Positions 1-12,507 of a DNA stretch of 55,337 nucleotides are shown here, in pieces. This DNA is from Coniocarpon cinnabarinum (lineage: Eukaryota). Each line of letters opens with the position of its first letter. Positions within the stretch are counted from its first letter, which is position 1. A program made the translations under genes and the position numbers. The stretch is from NCBI GenBank assembly GCA_051942205.1, contig JAVECO010000160.1, forward strand, positions 1-55,337, given 5' to 3'. Below the pieces are notes generated by a model that was not told the DNA's origin, made no database searches, and saw only the letters and a list, made by a program, of their open reading frames with translations.

Positions 1-58
1 GCCCCTCCCCCGCCATCCACATCCATATCCATAGCCGCTCCTGTCGCCCTCCCTCGTC

Positions 59-2666
59 ATGCCACCGACCGCAACTTCTGTCCTCGCTGCCGACCCCTCC
101 GCCTCCCCCATCCGCCGCACCGCTGTCGGCGCCGAGAAGAAGTACAAGTGCCAGTTCTGCAACAGAGCTTTCAGCAGGAGTGAGCATCGAAGCCGGCACG
201 AGCGTTCCCGTATGTCCATCCCCCTCACAACACTGCAGCGAGGCTGCCTGGCCTCGCCATTGGCGACCCCCTCACTGACACCCAGCTCCCTCAGATACCA
301 AAGAGAGACCTTTCAAATGTACCAAGTGTCGCAGCACTTTCGTTCGACGCGACCTCCTCCTTCGACACGACCGCACCGTCCACGCCAAAGATGGTGGGGC
401 GCCCCTGCCACCAGGCGAAGGCAAAAAGAGGGCAGCGCCCAAGACTTCTCCCACACATCATCAATCCGCCCCGTTTGATCCCACAGAGCAGGACGATGCG
501 GACAAGCAAGATCAGACGGAAGACATGGGTGAAGTAGAGGCTGCTGCAATGCTCTCGGGGCTGCAGCAAAGGGCGTTGGAAAACCAGGACTCAGACGCAA
601 ATGGGGACAGTGACATGTCAGCCATTTCACCGCACGGTCCAGCGATGCTAGATCCGGCAGCATTCGGCCCTGGCGCCATGTCGTTACCGCAGATGCCGTG
701 GGAATCTCTGGTTGCGCATCAGGGGGCAGACATGTCCTCCGGTCTGACCTCGGGATCAATGCAAGCTCCAGAGGCACCCATGGCGTTCCCCGATCACGAC
801 CTAACGCAGCCCCATCATGGTCCTTTACCGCCCATGATGGACCCCTCGGTATCGCAGGCGGATGCGATGTCTGGCATCAATGGAGCCTTGTCATTCTCTG
901 GCATGGACACCCCTGGCGCACTGTCACCGTTTCCTTCCATGATGGGACCCGTCTCTCCAGTCGACTACAGACGCTCTCCCGGACCTATACAGCCCCTATC
1001 TGTCGCCAAAGCTCCACAGGTCCTCGCTGAAGAACAATGCACGCGCATACTCGAGAATATTAAACGGTGTGACAGCGAGGTTGCTTTGCTTGAAACATTC
1101 AGGCTTCCAAGTCGCCAAGTCCTTAACCATTATCTTTCGACCTACTTCGATCTCTTCCACCACCACTTACCCTTCCTTCACCAGGCTTCGTTCAATCCTA
1201 TCGAGGTCGCAGCGCCACTGCTCCTGTCCGTGCTCGCCATTGGGGCCCTGTATACCTTTGAGCAGGATCAAGCGTACATGCTACACATTGGGTCAAAGGT
1301 ACTCGTCAATCAATTCTTGCAAAAGAAGGACAATTTCAGTTCACGGAAGTGTCCGCTCTGGACCATGCAGAGCACACTTCTCAATTCTATCTTTGCGAGC
1401 TGGAGTGGTGATCCCAAAGGCCTAGAATGGGCTTGCTCTATCAAGAGCCTACTCGCGAACATGGTGGCCGGCAATGCTTACGAGCTCAAGCTTCGGTCTG
1501 AGGCTCGCGAGGGTGCTCAACCGTCACATGAAGAATGGATCGAAGACGAGGGCTGTCGTCGCAGCTACTTTGCCGTCTACGTGTTTTTTGGCATGCTAAC
1601 CTTGACATACAACCATACTCCAGCCATTGGATTCAATGAGCTAGAAACTCTCGAGCTACCGTCATCGGAATCTTTGTGGACGTTGGACGACGAGGAAGCA
1701 TGGCGTGAGAGCATGACCGCTTCCAATGTTATTACGCTTCGAGATGCGCACGACAAGTTGTTTCAAGGAGAGACTGCCCGGTACAGTGCGTTCGGCACGC
1801 GTGTGATGATTAATGCGCTGTTCCTCGAGGTTTGGTATCACAAGAGAACGTCCGATGCTTTGCAAGATGTTGTCACCGAATACAAATTACGCATGGCTTT
1901 GGAAAATTGGGAAAAGTCGCTTGAACTATGTGAGCCAGAAACTGTGGTGGTCAAGCTCAGTGCACCGCATCAAGGTCACCCGCTTATCTTTAACGCCGTG
2001 GCAATGTCACGCAATGCCAAAGCTCGCCTACTGGTGGACCTGAAGTCAATACAAGAAGCACTTCGCTATCACGACGCGTTTGAAGTAGCTGCCGCGATGA
2101 CCAACGCTCGAAACTCGGTCTCGCGATCAGCTGAGATGATCAAGGTGATCAACGAGTGCTACGAATGCATCAAGGTGGCAGCTGTTCACGGGATCCGGTG
2201 GGTGGCGCGCACTTCGGCTACCAACTGGAGCGTCGAGCATCCACTCTGTGCCGTCGATCTGATTGTAATACTAAGCCTGTGGCTCTGGCGGGTGGAGCAT
2301 GACGAGGAGCCGGCAACTGAAGAAGAGACTACAATGTATAACCGCCTACGGGGCCTGTTCGAGGAAGACTCGGTGGACACATATGGCACGAAACTGAGCG
2401 CAACCGTCGCTCGGCTATGGGGGGCGATGATTGACGAAGTGGTTGTTTGGGGGTAAGCTTGACTCTTGCTACTGCTCGGTCACTCCGTCCACTGCTAACG
2501 CCTGTGCAGCATCACGAAGATCATCGGCGAATCCTTCAAGATTCATGCCCAAGCTCTGAGTGGCTATGAAGACTCGCTCACGTCACCCGACGGCGACGGT
2601 CAGCGAGTCAGCCCGCCACTGGACGCGCGCCCCCTAGAAACCCTCGAGCTGCAGGCTGCGTATTAG
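59..2666 (+). CDS. C2H2 zinc-finger transcription factor with fungal-specific TF (middle homology) domain; exons 59-209, 295-2452, 2510-2666
   Basis: Splicing intron 210-294 (GTATGT..CACTGAC..CAG) restores two fingers, CQFCNRAFSRSEHRSRHERSH-TKERPFK-CTKCRSTFVRRDLLLRHDRTVH, in frame with the 525-2456 ORF. That ORF carries YFDLFHHHLPFLH and WIEDEGCRRSYF motifs. Intron 2453-2509 (GTAAGC..GCTAAC..CAG) adds the C-terminal exon, ending at TAG 2664-2666. Confidence 0.9.
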
Positions 2667-3135
2667 CGATATCAGTTCTGTTTCGAATGAGACACGTCTG
2701 ATTCCTGTGTGCGCGACATCACGCCCGCCTCCCCCCACGAGACTGGGATGGATCTCCTGCCCGCCCTGCCGCATGTGATGTATGCATCTGCGATATGTAA
2801 TTCTACATTCGAGATTCCCCCGTGATCAGCTTGGAGTTGGATAGGTTTTTCAGGGGTTGAGGTGGGGAAATGGGTCGATTGACGGGGTTACTTCACGATG
2901 AGTACGCATCTGAGCGTTGTTGGGCATCTATGATGAGAGGCACGGCAGTCTGTTGTGTCTGAGGTTGGGAGGTCCCGGGGTTTGAGCCAGGGAGAAGGAG
3001 GAAGAGGAGGAGGACAAGGGGAGGGAAAGAGTGGACACCATGGGGTCATGCGAGATGGTTGACGGCCTGCACCCTACACATATCCATACCCACTCGACGT
3101 ACGCCCATCTAGCATTAGGTACCTACATAATCAGC

Positions 3136-4135
3136 AAGCACGCAGCCCAACGAATTCCCTCCGTACCTGGTCTTGGAGTAGCGCACCACCCGTCATTCCA
3201 TGCACGGAGACTCTCCGTATCACTAATAAAGGTGCACAGACGCGCGCGCGATTAAAATGTCGCTGCCATCATCTCGTGGCGAGTCCTGTCACCGGAATGG
3301 CTCCGGGATGGTGGGTGGCGGAGGCGGTAGCAAGGGAGGGCGAGGAGGAGGATACACCATTGATCGGGCAAGAAACCATGAATACGCACAGGAATATGGT
3401 ATATGGTGAAATATCTCGGTGTGTTTTCTTCAAGTATGTGATGCTGTGAGCTCCTCCCCGGGCCACCACCTCCCTACCCACCATCCCCGTATACGAGGAA
3501 TGCCACGGTGTTGGTGTTGTTACTATGTACTGGCAAGGTAGCAGCACTTGACAGTCTCTACCTACCTACCTACCTGCCTACCTACAGAGAGGCAGCTCGG
3601 AACTTGAATGCTACTCAATGTGGCACTGCGAAATTGTACGAGTGTGCCGCAAAGACTCTCAATGTATATATATCCACTTTGGTACACATGCATGATCTCC
3701 AAGCGCGATTGATACTACCTTACCTGCCTACTCACCGGAGCGACTCCGCGGCGCTAACATCCGGGAGGGAGGAGGAAGTAGATACCAGTGGAAGAAAACA
3801 TTTACAGCGTCGTGTTTTTGAGTTGGTATTTTGGAGGTCTCAACCGGGATGGCACTTGAGTCGTCGTGCACGTAGCCCAATGGCTTTCTCCGTACGGGAT
3901 GGTGGGTGGGGAAGGCGGTGGCTAGGGAGGAGGGAGAGGGTACCCCACAAGCCTAGCGGAGAGAACATGAAAGCGTGAGGAATGTCAGTGTGCCGTGTTC
4001 ATCGTCGGTCTCCTGGAGATGGTGACCGGGATGGGATGCACTTGAATCTCTAAGCACGTAGCCCAATGGGGTTTTCTGTACTTGGCTAGGTACTGAGCAG
4101 CGATTCCATGCACGGAGTCTCGCTGTGTCACTGAC
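3136..4135 (+). repeat. Degenerate dispersed intergenic repeat, three partial copies (~3136-3225, ~3843-3895, ~4025-4135)
   Basis: The core GCACGYAGCCCAA..CYGTAC occurs at ~3138, ~3867 and ~4054. ATTCCATGCACGGAG is shared at 3195 and 4103. ACCGGGATGG..CACTTGA is shared at 3843 and 4025. Confidence 0.65.
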
Positions 4136-5048
4136 ATTCGTGGATCGCGAGGAATATTAGCGCCACGGAGCCGCTCCGGCGACTGGAATCACCACGCACC
4201 ACGAGATGATTTTAATCGCGCGAGCGTCTGTGCATATGCATGTGCATACCGCTCTCGCTGGCTGCTCGTTTGCCTGGTCCGAGTTGTCTCTCCTCAGCCG
4301 CGTCTCCGCTGCTCGAGGATTATTTACTGGATTGAGTTCCTGCCAGGTGCATTTGACTCTGCTAGCGTCGGCACTTGAGGCTCCCTTCCGCGGGCCGGAC
4401 TGCTGAGTCGCGTGCCTCTCTCCCTCCTCCTTCTGTGGTTGAACAGCGCGACGGGGGACGATCACTTGGTCCAGAGCGCGATTTTGTTTGGAACGCCAGC
4501 CAGGGAGCAGTCAATGGCAAGGATAAGGGTAGGAATCCTCATTTTTGGCGTCTGGCGTGTCGCGTGGCTGGTTCCGTTGGCATGCAAGGAGAGCCGAGCA
4601 GGCCGGGGTGGAGGAGGAGCATGATGGATGGCGCCATGCTGGAAGAATGAGACTGTCGCGGGGTGGGAGGGGTGACTGTTGGCGGCGATGGTGCAGTAGA
4701 CGTGTGTTTGTGAGATGTTTGAGGTTGGGGGCTGCGACATGAGCCGTTGTTGTTTCGCGATGTGTGCTGCTCTTGTTTCGACAACGGGTGCTTCGTTTGC
4801 GCGCTGTTTCTCCGCTGCTGCTGCTGCTGCGGCGTGCGGGTGGTTGCATAGGTAGGCAGCGATCGGACAGACAGACAGGGACGTACCAGGGCACGGAGAG
4901 GGTGCGAGGACGAGGGGGCAGGGCGCTATTGGATGGGAGTGCTTGGGTGAGGCGTGATGGGCACAGCGCGTGTCAAGCGGTTTCCCGGAGTCGGAGGATG
5001 GCCGGATCATTGTGAGGAGGAGTTGTCAGTTGGGTTGACGGAGATGCG

Positions 5049-5079
5049 ACGATGGGACGATGGGACGATGGGACGATGG
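5049..5079. repeat. Short tandem repeat (GATGGGAC)x3+
   Basis: gatgggacgatgggacgatgggacgatggg is read directly. Confidence 0.8.
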
Positions 5080-5629
5080 GGAGCGGCAGTTGCCATTTGG
5101 GACAGTGCACCGAGCATGGTTTTGGCCTTGGAGATGTGGCGTGCGATAAAAGGGATGCACTGAACGTCACGTCTCATGGGCAGATGGACAGAGGTGTGGC
5201 AGAGGCGCAGCAGATGGGCCATGACGCTGCTTCACAATAGCAGGAGTAGCTGCCCACGCGATGTTTGCATTGTCAATGTATACGCATGCGCCGGTTGGCT
5301 ACTGAAGCGATGGAAGAGATAACGGGGAAGGAAGGACAGCGAGAGCGTGGAGCGTCGGCATCCACGGCAGATGGACGCGCTAGCCCCGAATAGGACTGCT
5401 GCAACTCTCACCCTGTCGCGCAGGCCCTGAGCTGTGATTGACGCTAGGGCTTAGCGCGCCAGGCTGGGGAGGCTGCTCCCGCCCCCGCCCACTACCTTGC
5501 AGACACAGACACTCAGACTCAGGCTCGGATTCAGACTCGCTCCAGTCCAGCGCCCTCTCCATCTCTGGGCATCCTCTTTCTACCTTACCTACCTACCTTA
5601 CCTTACTGCTGGCCCTGGCCTCTCTACAT

Positions 5630-5660
5630 CCAGCACCCAGCACCCAGCACCCAGCACCCA
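5630..5660. repeat. Tandem repeat (CCAGCAC)x4
   Basis: cagcacccagcacccagcacccagcaccc is read directly. Confidence 0.8.
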
Positions 5661-6120
5661 CAGACGCTCCTCTCCCATAAACCGGCTGCCCTGCCCCGTC
5701 CCATCCCATCCCATCCCACACATCCCTTCCCCTCTCACGCCTGCTCTGCACGCCCATCACCTCCCTTCGCGACGGACTACATTCTTGCCAGTCTGATCTC
5801 ACCCGGCTCCTCAGCCTCGAACCGCTCATTCCGCGACATTGGCACCTTCACTGGTAGCCCTTTGACCAGGAGCTTGCTCTGAACCCCCCCGGCGCCCGCT
5901 GCAAGGGTCCCTTGCTCCCACCCAGCCCAGGACCCGCTTTCCATTCCCTCTCATATCCTTTTTCAGCTCGCTCGCGTCGCCGCTTGCATGATCGTCTTCT
6001 GACGCAAACTATATGTCTGAGTACTCTACACCACCACCATCACTATCATCAGCCGCTTCATTGTCTGAAGACTTGTCCCTCGCGTCGCACGGCTGAACTT
6101 CGCGTCTCACCGTGCTGGGA

Positions 6121-9100
6121 ATGGAAAACTTCCAGGGCACCATCAATCCCACCGGAACTTATGTCCGTGCACTCTACGACTACGAAGCAGACGACCAGAC
6201 CAGCCTGAGCTTCCGGCAGGGCGACATCATCCAGGTCTTGACCCAGCTCGAAAGCGGCTGGTGGGACGGCGTCATCCGTGGCCACCGCGGTTGGTTTCCC
6301 AGCAACTACTGCGAGTCGGTCGATTCTGCCGAAGCCGAAAAATTTGAGCAAGAGTTCCCGCCCAGCGATGATGGCGAGTATGACGAGTCGGACGTGGAGT
6401 ACGACCACTTGACACAAAGCGCCACTTTGAATGGGCACACCAATGGGGCCACAGGGGCCGCCAACACGAACGAGGAAGAGGCCGCTTTTTGGATCCCCCA
6501 GGCCACTCCCGATGGACGGCTGTTCTACTTCAACACGCTCACAGGCGTCAGTACGGTAGAGCTGCCGCTGGAAGCGCCGGCGACCGGTGCGGGACAAGAT
6601 CGAGGTGCCCTGAGAGCCCGCGACTCTGTCCGACCAGCGCCGGAGATGATGGCTGCCGGTTATGAAACGGAAGACAACTCAGAACGCGATCCCAAGGGTC
6701 GAGTATCACAGGTAAGCAGCTTCTGCGAGCTGAAATGTCAATTATTCTGACGAACTCTGCAGATGACCGCGAAGCAACATCATCGGACTTCGTACATGTC
6801 AGATGGCGCGTCGCCGGCGACTTCGCTTGAATCACTGACCAACGGTTCGCGATCCCAAGGTGTGCCGGGCACGCCCATGACGAGCAGCTTCACAAGTGCC
6901 CAGTCCGGCGGCCACTCGCGCCAATCCTCAAAACCCACGAACGGCGGGTCCTCCCGCAGCTTTCTGGATGACAGCTTTTCCGTCCCACTGACCTGGCCTC
7001 GACTCGTCGAAGACATGAAGCGGTCGGTCGAGAGGTTCAAGCAGGCTGTCCACATGCAGGAGCGCGCCGAGCTCGTCCGGCGAGCTGAGGACATCTCAGA
7101 CCATCTGCGGCTATTGCTCGCAGCAGGCTCGGGCACCACCGACAACCATTCTGGCTATCCGTCCATCATTGCCTCGAACAAGGCGCTGTACCCACCCTTC
7201 AGGGATATGATGTCCCGTTTTTCCAAGCTCGTCCTCTCGACCCACATTGCGGCCCCCGATTACGCTAGCCCCGACTCATTCAACAAATGCCTGCAAGAAG
7301 CAGATGGCATGTTGCACGGCGTGTACAACTTTGTCGAGGTCGCGCGACATCAACGCAGCGAGGAGATTCCGCGCTTGACGCCGGGTTTTGTCAAGGAAGG
7401 CAAGACTGGTGGCAGTTGGCAGAGTAATGGCCTGTCGAAATCGGACTCTATCGTGTCCGGGTCGTTCATTGATCAGGATGAGCACGAGCCGGCCGTAGAG
7501 CCGACGGCCCAGCTGCAGTATCTGACCCTCGAGCGGCTAACAGATCAGAAAAGGTCTATTGTCTCGGAAATGCGGCGGCTGGAGCAGCTGCTGGTGGTCA
7601 ACGACCGATATATTTCAAACAAGAAGCATCGCAAACTCAGCACGGACGTTTGCAATGCCGCATTCAAGGTCGTCGAGCGCTTTCGCACATGGATCAATAT
7701 CATGGAGTCAGTCGATTTGACTCCAGCAGGCCTGGACTCACATGACCGCACGATGCTCGAGTTTTGCAACCAAAAGCAGAAGCTTTACATGTTCGTGGGC
7801 GAGCTGCTCATGTCCAGTCAAGCGGTGGCTGCCCCACTTGTGGATGAGTGGGAGGCACATCAGGGAGACACCTTGGAGTCGCGCTTGGACAGAGTCAAGC
7901 ATGTCTCACGAGGTCTCGAGGTGTCGACGACACAAGTCTATCAGTCATTCCAGAACTTCTTGGAGATCATCAAACAACGCTATGCTTCCGGTCAAGCTCC
8001 CCAGCGCCAATCGAGGCTCGACATGAGAAAGGAGCCAGCCAGGCCCATCCGCAGCCCTGAGGCGACCGGTGCTTTTGGCAAATACTCCAACGCGGGCAGT
8101 CGCAAGGCCGAGAAGGTACTCGGAGAGACCATCGTGGGCGGTAGGGAAGGCGGCCCTGTGCAAACAGTCCTGACGGAAGACATGCCAGAGTTTTTGGGCC
8201 TCGATTACGGCAACGAGATCCAGTACGACGACAAGACCGAGCCCCCGACCATCAAGGGTGGGACTCTGTCAGCTCTGGTCGAGCAGCTGACTCGGCACGA
8301 TCGCTACGACGCGCCTTTCAAGACCACGTTTTTGCTCACATATCAATCTTTCACCACGGCCACCGAGCTCTTCCACATGCTCGTGCGCCGCTGGACCATC
8401 CAGCCTCCGCTTGGCTTGACTGATGATGAGTTTCGTGTCTGGACGGAGAAAAAGCTCGTGCCGATCCGGCTGCGAGTTGTTAACGTGATGAAGGCGTGGA
8501 TTGACACATTTTGGATGGAAGGCAACGACGAGCAATCCAAAGAACTGATGACCCAAATGTACGGATTCGCAAAGGATGCCGTGGCGGGCTCTGAAACAGC
8601 CGGCTGGAAGCCACTGCTCACCGTGATTGAACAACGTATGCGAGGCGAAGACATTGGTGCGAGGAGGCTGGTGCCGACGGAGATGCCGACACCGACACCG
8701 TTACTGCCTAAGAACATGAAGAAGTTGAAGTTCACTGACATCGATCCCACAGAGTTTGCGCGGCAATTGACCATCATCGAGAGCAAGCTCTACTGCAAGA
8801 TCAAGCCGCATGAATGTCTGAACAAAATTTGGCAGAAGAAGACGCCAGGCGCCGACAGTCATGAGCCAGCGTCAAATGTCAAAGCGCTCATCCTACACTC
8901 CAACCGCTTGACCAATCTGGTCGCGGAAATGATTCTCCATCAATCAGACCTCGCCAAACGTGCAAACGTGGTGAAGCACTTCATCCACGTTGCCGACAAG
9001 TGTCTCGCACTGAACAATTTCTCGACGCTGACCTCCATCATCTCTGCGCTCGGCACTGCGCCCATCCATCGCCTTTCGCGGACCTGGTCGAAGCTCGGCA

Positions 9101-9609
9101 AGAACACGGCCGCGACTTTGGAAAAGATGCGTAAGCTCATGGCGTCGACCAAGAACTTTGCGCCCTACCGACAAGCGCTGCACGCGGCGAACCCACCATG
9201 TATCCCCTTCTTTGGCGTCTATTTGACGGATCTGACGTTTATCGAAGACGGTATGAGTTCGACCATCAGGAAGACCGAGCTGATCAACTTTGCGAAACGC
9301 GCTAAGACCGCTGAGGTGATTCGCGAGATTCAAACATATCAAAATGTCAACTATCCCTTCCGCGCGGTGTCGGAGCTGCAGGGATATATCCTGGATATGA
9401 TGCAGAGCGCCGGCGACGTGCACGAAATGTATGAACGCAGTCTGCAAGTGGAGCCAAGAGAGCGGGAGGACGAAAAGATTGCGAGGTTAGTGGACTACCT
9501 CCATTGATGCATGCTTTGCGTGTTTTGTCGCGTTTTTCAGCTTTGAGTGCAGGTTTCACTAATCTCTGTTGTGTGTTATAGGTTGCTATCCGAGTCCGGG
9601 TTCTTGTGA
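6121..9609 (+). CDS. CDC25: Ras guanine-nucleotide exchange factor, Cdc25 family (SH3-WW-REM-RasGEF); exons 6121-6711, 6763-9485, 9582-9609
   Basis: SH3: YVRALYDYEADDQTSLSFRQGDIIQVLTQLESGWWDG..GWFPSNY. WW-like: FWIPQATPDGRLFYFNTLTG. REM: IKGGTLSALVEQLT..FLLTYQSF. Catalytic domain: EFARQLT, NNFSTL, PCIPFFGVYLTDLTFIEDG, INFAKR. Introns 6712-6762 and 9486-9581; last exon RLLSESGFL*. Confidence 0.93.
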
Positions 9610-11171
9610 CCCTGAGTGTTTGATCGACCTGCTGGAGTGGCAGGGGTGAGACAGGACTTTCTTGTTGGTCACGATCGGCACTGAGAGTTGGAGCGGACAT
9701 GAGTCGCGCGAAGTGCTAAAACCATGAGCCGTGGAGCTGGGTCTGGAGCGGGCCAGCCTTTTTGCCGCGCCTCGGTGAATGAAGAGTTTTGGGACGAACA
9801 TGCGACATGCTAAACAAGAATAATCACAGGTCTGCCGGCGTCAGGTGGTCAACGCTGCTGACGACACCCCACTGGTGTGGGCGCACATTGCCAGAGTGCG
9901 CCAGCGATCAGCTTCGATCCGCAAATACCCAAGCGCCTGTTAATGGACCATATTTCGCAATCGCACTGCGCATCGCTTCGACAGACGTGCGAAGCAACGG
10001 CATTACCGTCGCGCTTATCTGACAATCACCGCCACCGACACCACTACCGGAGCAGTACAAAAGATGCAAAAGAAAGCTGACGAAAATGCTTACGAACCAA
10101 TGTTACGACAAAAAGTAAAATCTTTGGGGAAAAAGGACATCATGGGTTCCAACGAGGTTGGGGGAAAAGAGGTGGCTACATTTCGGTATTGACGGGTATT
10201 CATGAGGAGATGTGCTATTTATGAAGGTGATTTCAACAAGGATTTATTACGATTTCATGATGGATTTCTGGATTGGCTGAGGATCCGTGGAGCTTTTTTT
10301 GGTATACGCCGTTTTGGATTTGAGATGGAAAAGGGCTGACGGTGGGAGAAGAGTCGAAGAGTGGGGGATGAGTTTGGAAAGAGGTGATGGGGATGGGCGT
10401 GGAGAGGGCTTGGAAAAGGGAGATTGGATTGGATTGGGATGGGTTGACTAGGATGACAGCCGCGTGAAGCAGAAAGAGGAGTCGATTTGGCGACGGATCA
10501 TTGACGTACACGACTGGGTGGTCTAGTGTCTTGTCTCGCTTGCGAAAAGGGCTCGCTTGAGACTTGCTGTTTGGGATTTGCTTGTACGGTTGAAGTATGC
10601 AAGATAGGGATAGGAATAGCAAACCAGCAAGCAAGCAATGATTATACTGAACGACCTTCGTGTTCCTTCTCTTCGTCAGTGTTACTCCTCACACCCGTCC
10701 CAATCCCGGTGTCCACTATATGGCGCAACTCAAGGTGTCTTGTTCTGGGAGAATGCTCTTCAGATGACGCAAAGACTTGCCATGTCGTGTCATTAATACG
10801 CACATGCGCATATGAGCACGATTAGGAACTGCTCAATAAATACCCTTTCAGTGACGTGTTATGCTCTTATGGATATCCTCTTTTTTTTCTTCTTTTTTAC
10901 AACTAAATAGATTAAATATCGGACCACGACCTCGAGCAAACATCTTTATTTTGATAACAGTCCTCAGCGGCTTTAGCACACAACGCATTACCACGGAGAC
11001 GTATCACCACGGGGTACAGGGAATAATTGATAAATAGTCTCTTGTTAGCTGTAAGGACGGCCATCGTCGCCGATGGCAGTTATAGCGATGATAAATGTAT
11101 TGTTTACGTTGCTGGTATAATCTCGGTATATTGCATCTCTACTTCTGCTCCTGTTCCTGTTTCTGTGGTTG

Positions 11172-11203
11172 GTGAGTGAGTGAGTAAGTGAGTGAGTGAG
11201 TGA
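11172..11203. repeat. (TGAG)n microsatellite in an AT-rich patch
   Basis: gtgagtgagtgagtaagtgagtgagtgagtga. Confidence 0.8.
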
Positions 11204-11978
11204 AGAGTAACAATCATGACAGTCAGTCAGGCTTTTAACTATAACCTCTCATAATTAGCTACAACTCTAAGATGGCTTCCAACTGCTTAGCTTCAGTACT
11301 ATCTATTTTATTTAGAATTATTTAATAAGGAGATTATTTATAAGTAATTAAGTCAACGAACGTATAAGGGTGTCGACAACATAGGCCTTTACAAGTGTCG
11401 CGTGAGAATGGACAGTGACGGTCTGCAGTAATGGAAATGCACTCACCGATACATCAACCATGCGTCCGTCGATGCAGACGGATTGCTACACTGCAATTAT
11501 TCTCACTCTCCATCATTCTCACCCTTATCCATCTATTACATTACCTATACTTACCCATAGTATGCTGCAAAATTTCGAGCACAATCAGGGCATCCAAAGC
11601 CCCCGTCATCGCTTCTGCAATACAGAGATTCTCTCTTCGTACCTTGGACATGTTGTATCGTCTCGAAATCAGCAACTCGAAATCAGCAGCTCAATTTAAC
11701 TTCAGCGATAATTGCAGCGATTTACTGTGACATGGCTACAGGACTCGTTATTGAGACCCTCAGCATGGTGGGTCGAGCAGGCAGAATTGACGGAAGACTT
11801 GAAGCTGCATCCACATCGAGTCTTTGAAAACGACATAAAAGATGTCTTCGTTTATGTGGCAGGATGGATTCGGATCGGTGGGGACTTTCTGAATTCGATG
11901 GTGGAATTTGGAAATGGAATTTGGACATGGCGATGGAGGTAGAGGTGGTGCAGATATGGGAGGGGGATGCGGTGAATA

Positions 11979-12016
11979 GATGAATGAGTGGATGAATGAA
12001 TGAATGAATGAATGAA
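11979..12016. repeat. (TGAA)n microsatellite
   Basis: gatgaatgagtggatgaatgaatgaatgaatgaatgaa. Confidence 0.8.
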
Positions 12017-12507
12017 CAGACCAATATGTGCAAGACGATGCTTTCGAGCCCTAAACCCAGGAATTTTGAAGACTAACATAGACGCTGGAGCTAGTGCAAT
12101 GCGCAGATTTTTTAGCACTATCATGAGCGTATGGTTCGATATTGCCATGTTTGACCCGGCTGATACTTTAGTACAAATCGTAGCTGATTGGGTACAGCAT
12201 TGAAGGCGATTTTCTAAGTGCTGCTGCTCAGCTCTGTGGTCACAAACGAAATGAACAGCAGGAGTGGTGGAGGGGCTTCGGTAAAACGAGTCAAGAATAA
12301 CATTGCAGCAGGACGAGGTAGTCAGCTGAGCTGTGGAACATGTCGCGGGCCCGCGCGCTCTTTCAATCTTTCGATGGCCGTCAGCCACGCGATTGCAAGG
12401 TCTCTGGCTCCTGCCGTCGTCGCTGCATTGTAGCCACTGACCATTCCCCGTGATGATACACCTTGTTTGCATCACGTTGCGAGCAATCAACTGACATCTA
12501 CGCGTGG

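Noticed and set aside
2667..6012. Many 60-180 aa ORFs on both strands between the TF and CDC25
   Set aside because: They are low-complexity and driven by simple repeats, many have non-ATG starts, and none has a recognisable motif. The region reads as intergenic/UTR.
11060..11090. Hairpin as a Helitron 3' end
   Set aside because: There is no CTRR terminus at the expected spacing and no Rep/helicase remnant. The PIF1 gene nearby is the cellular type, with no Rep domain.
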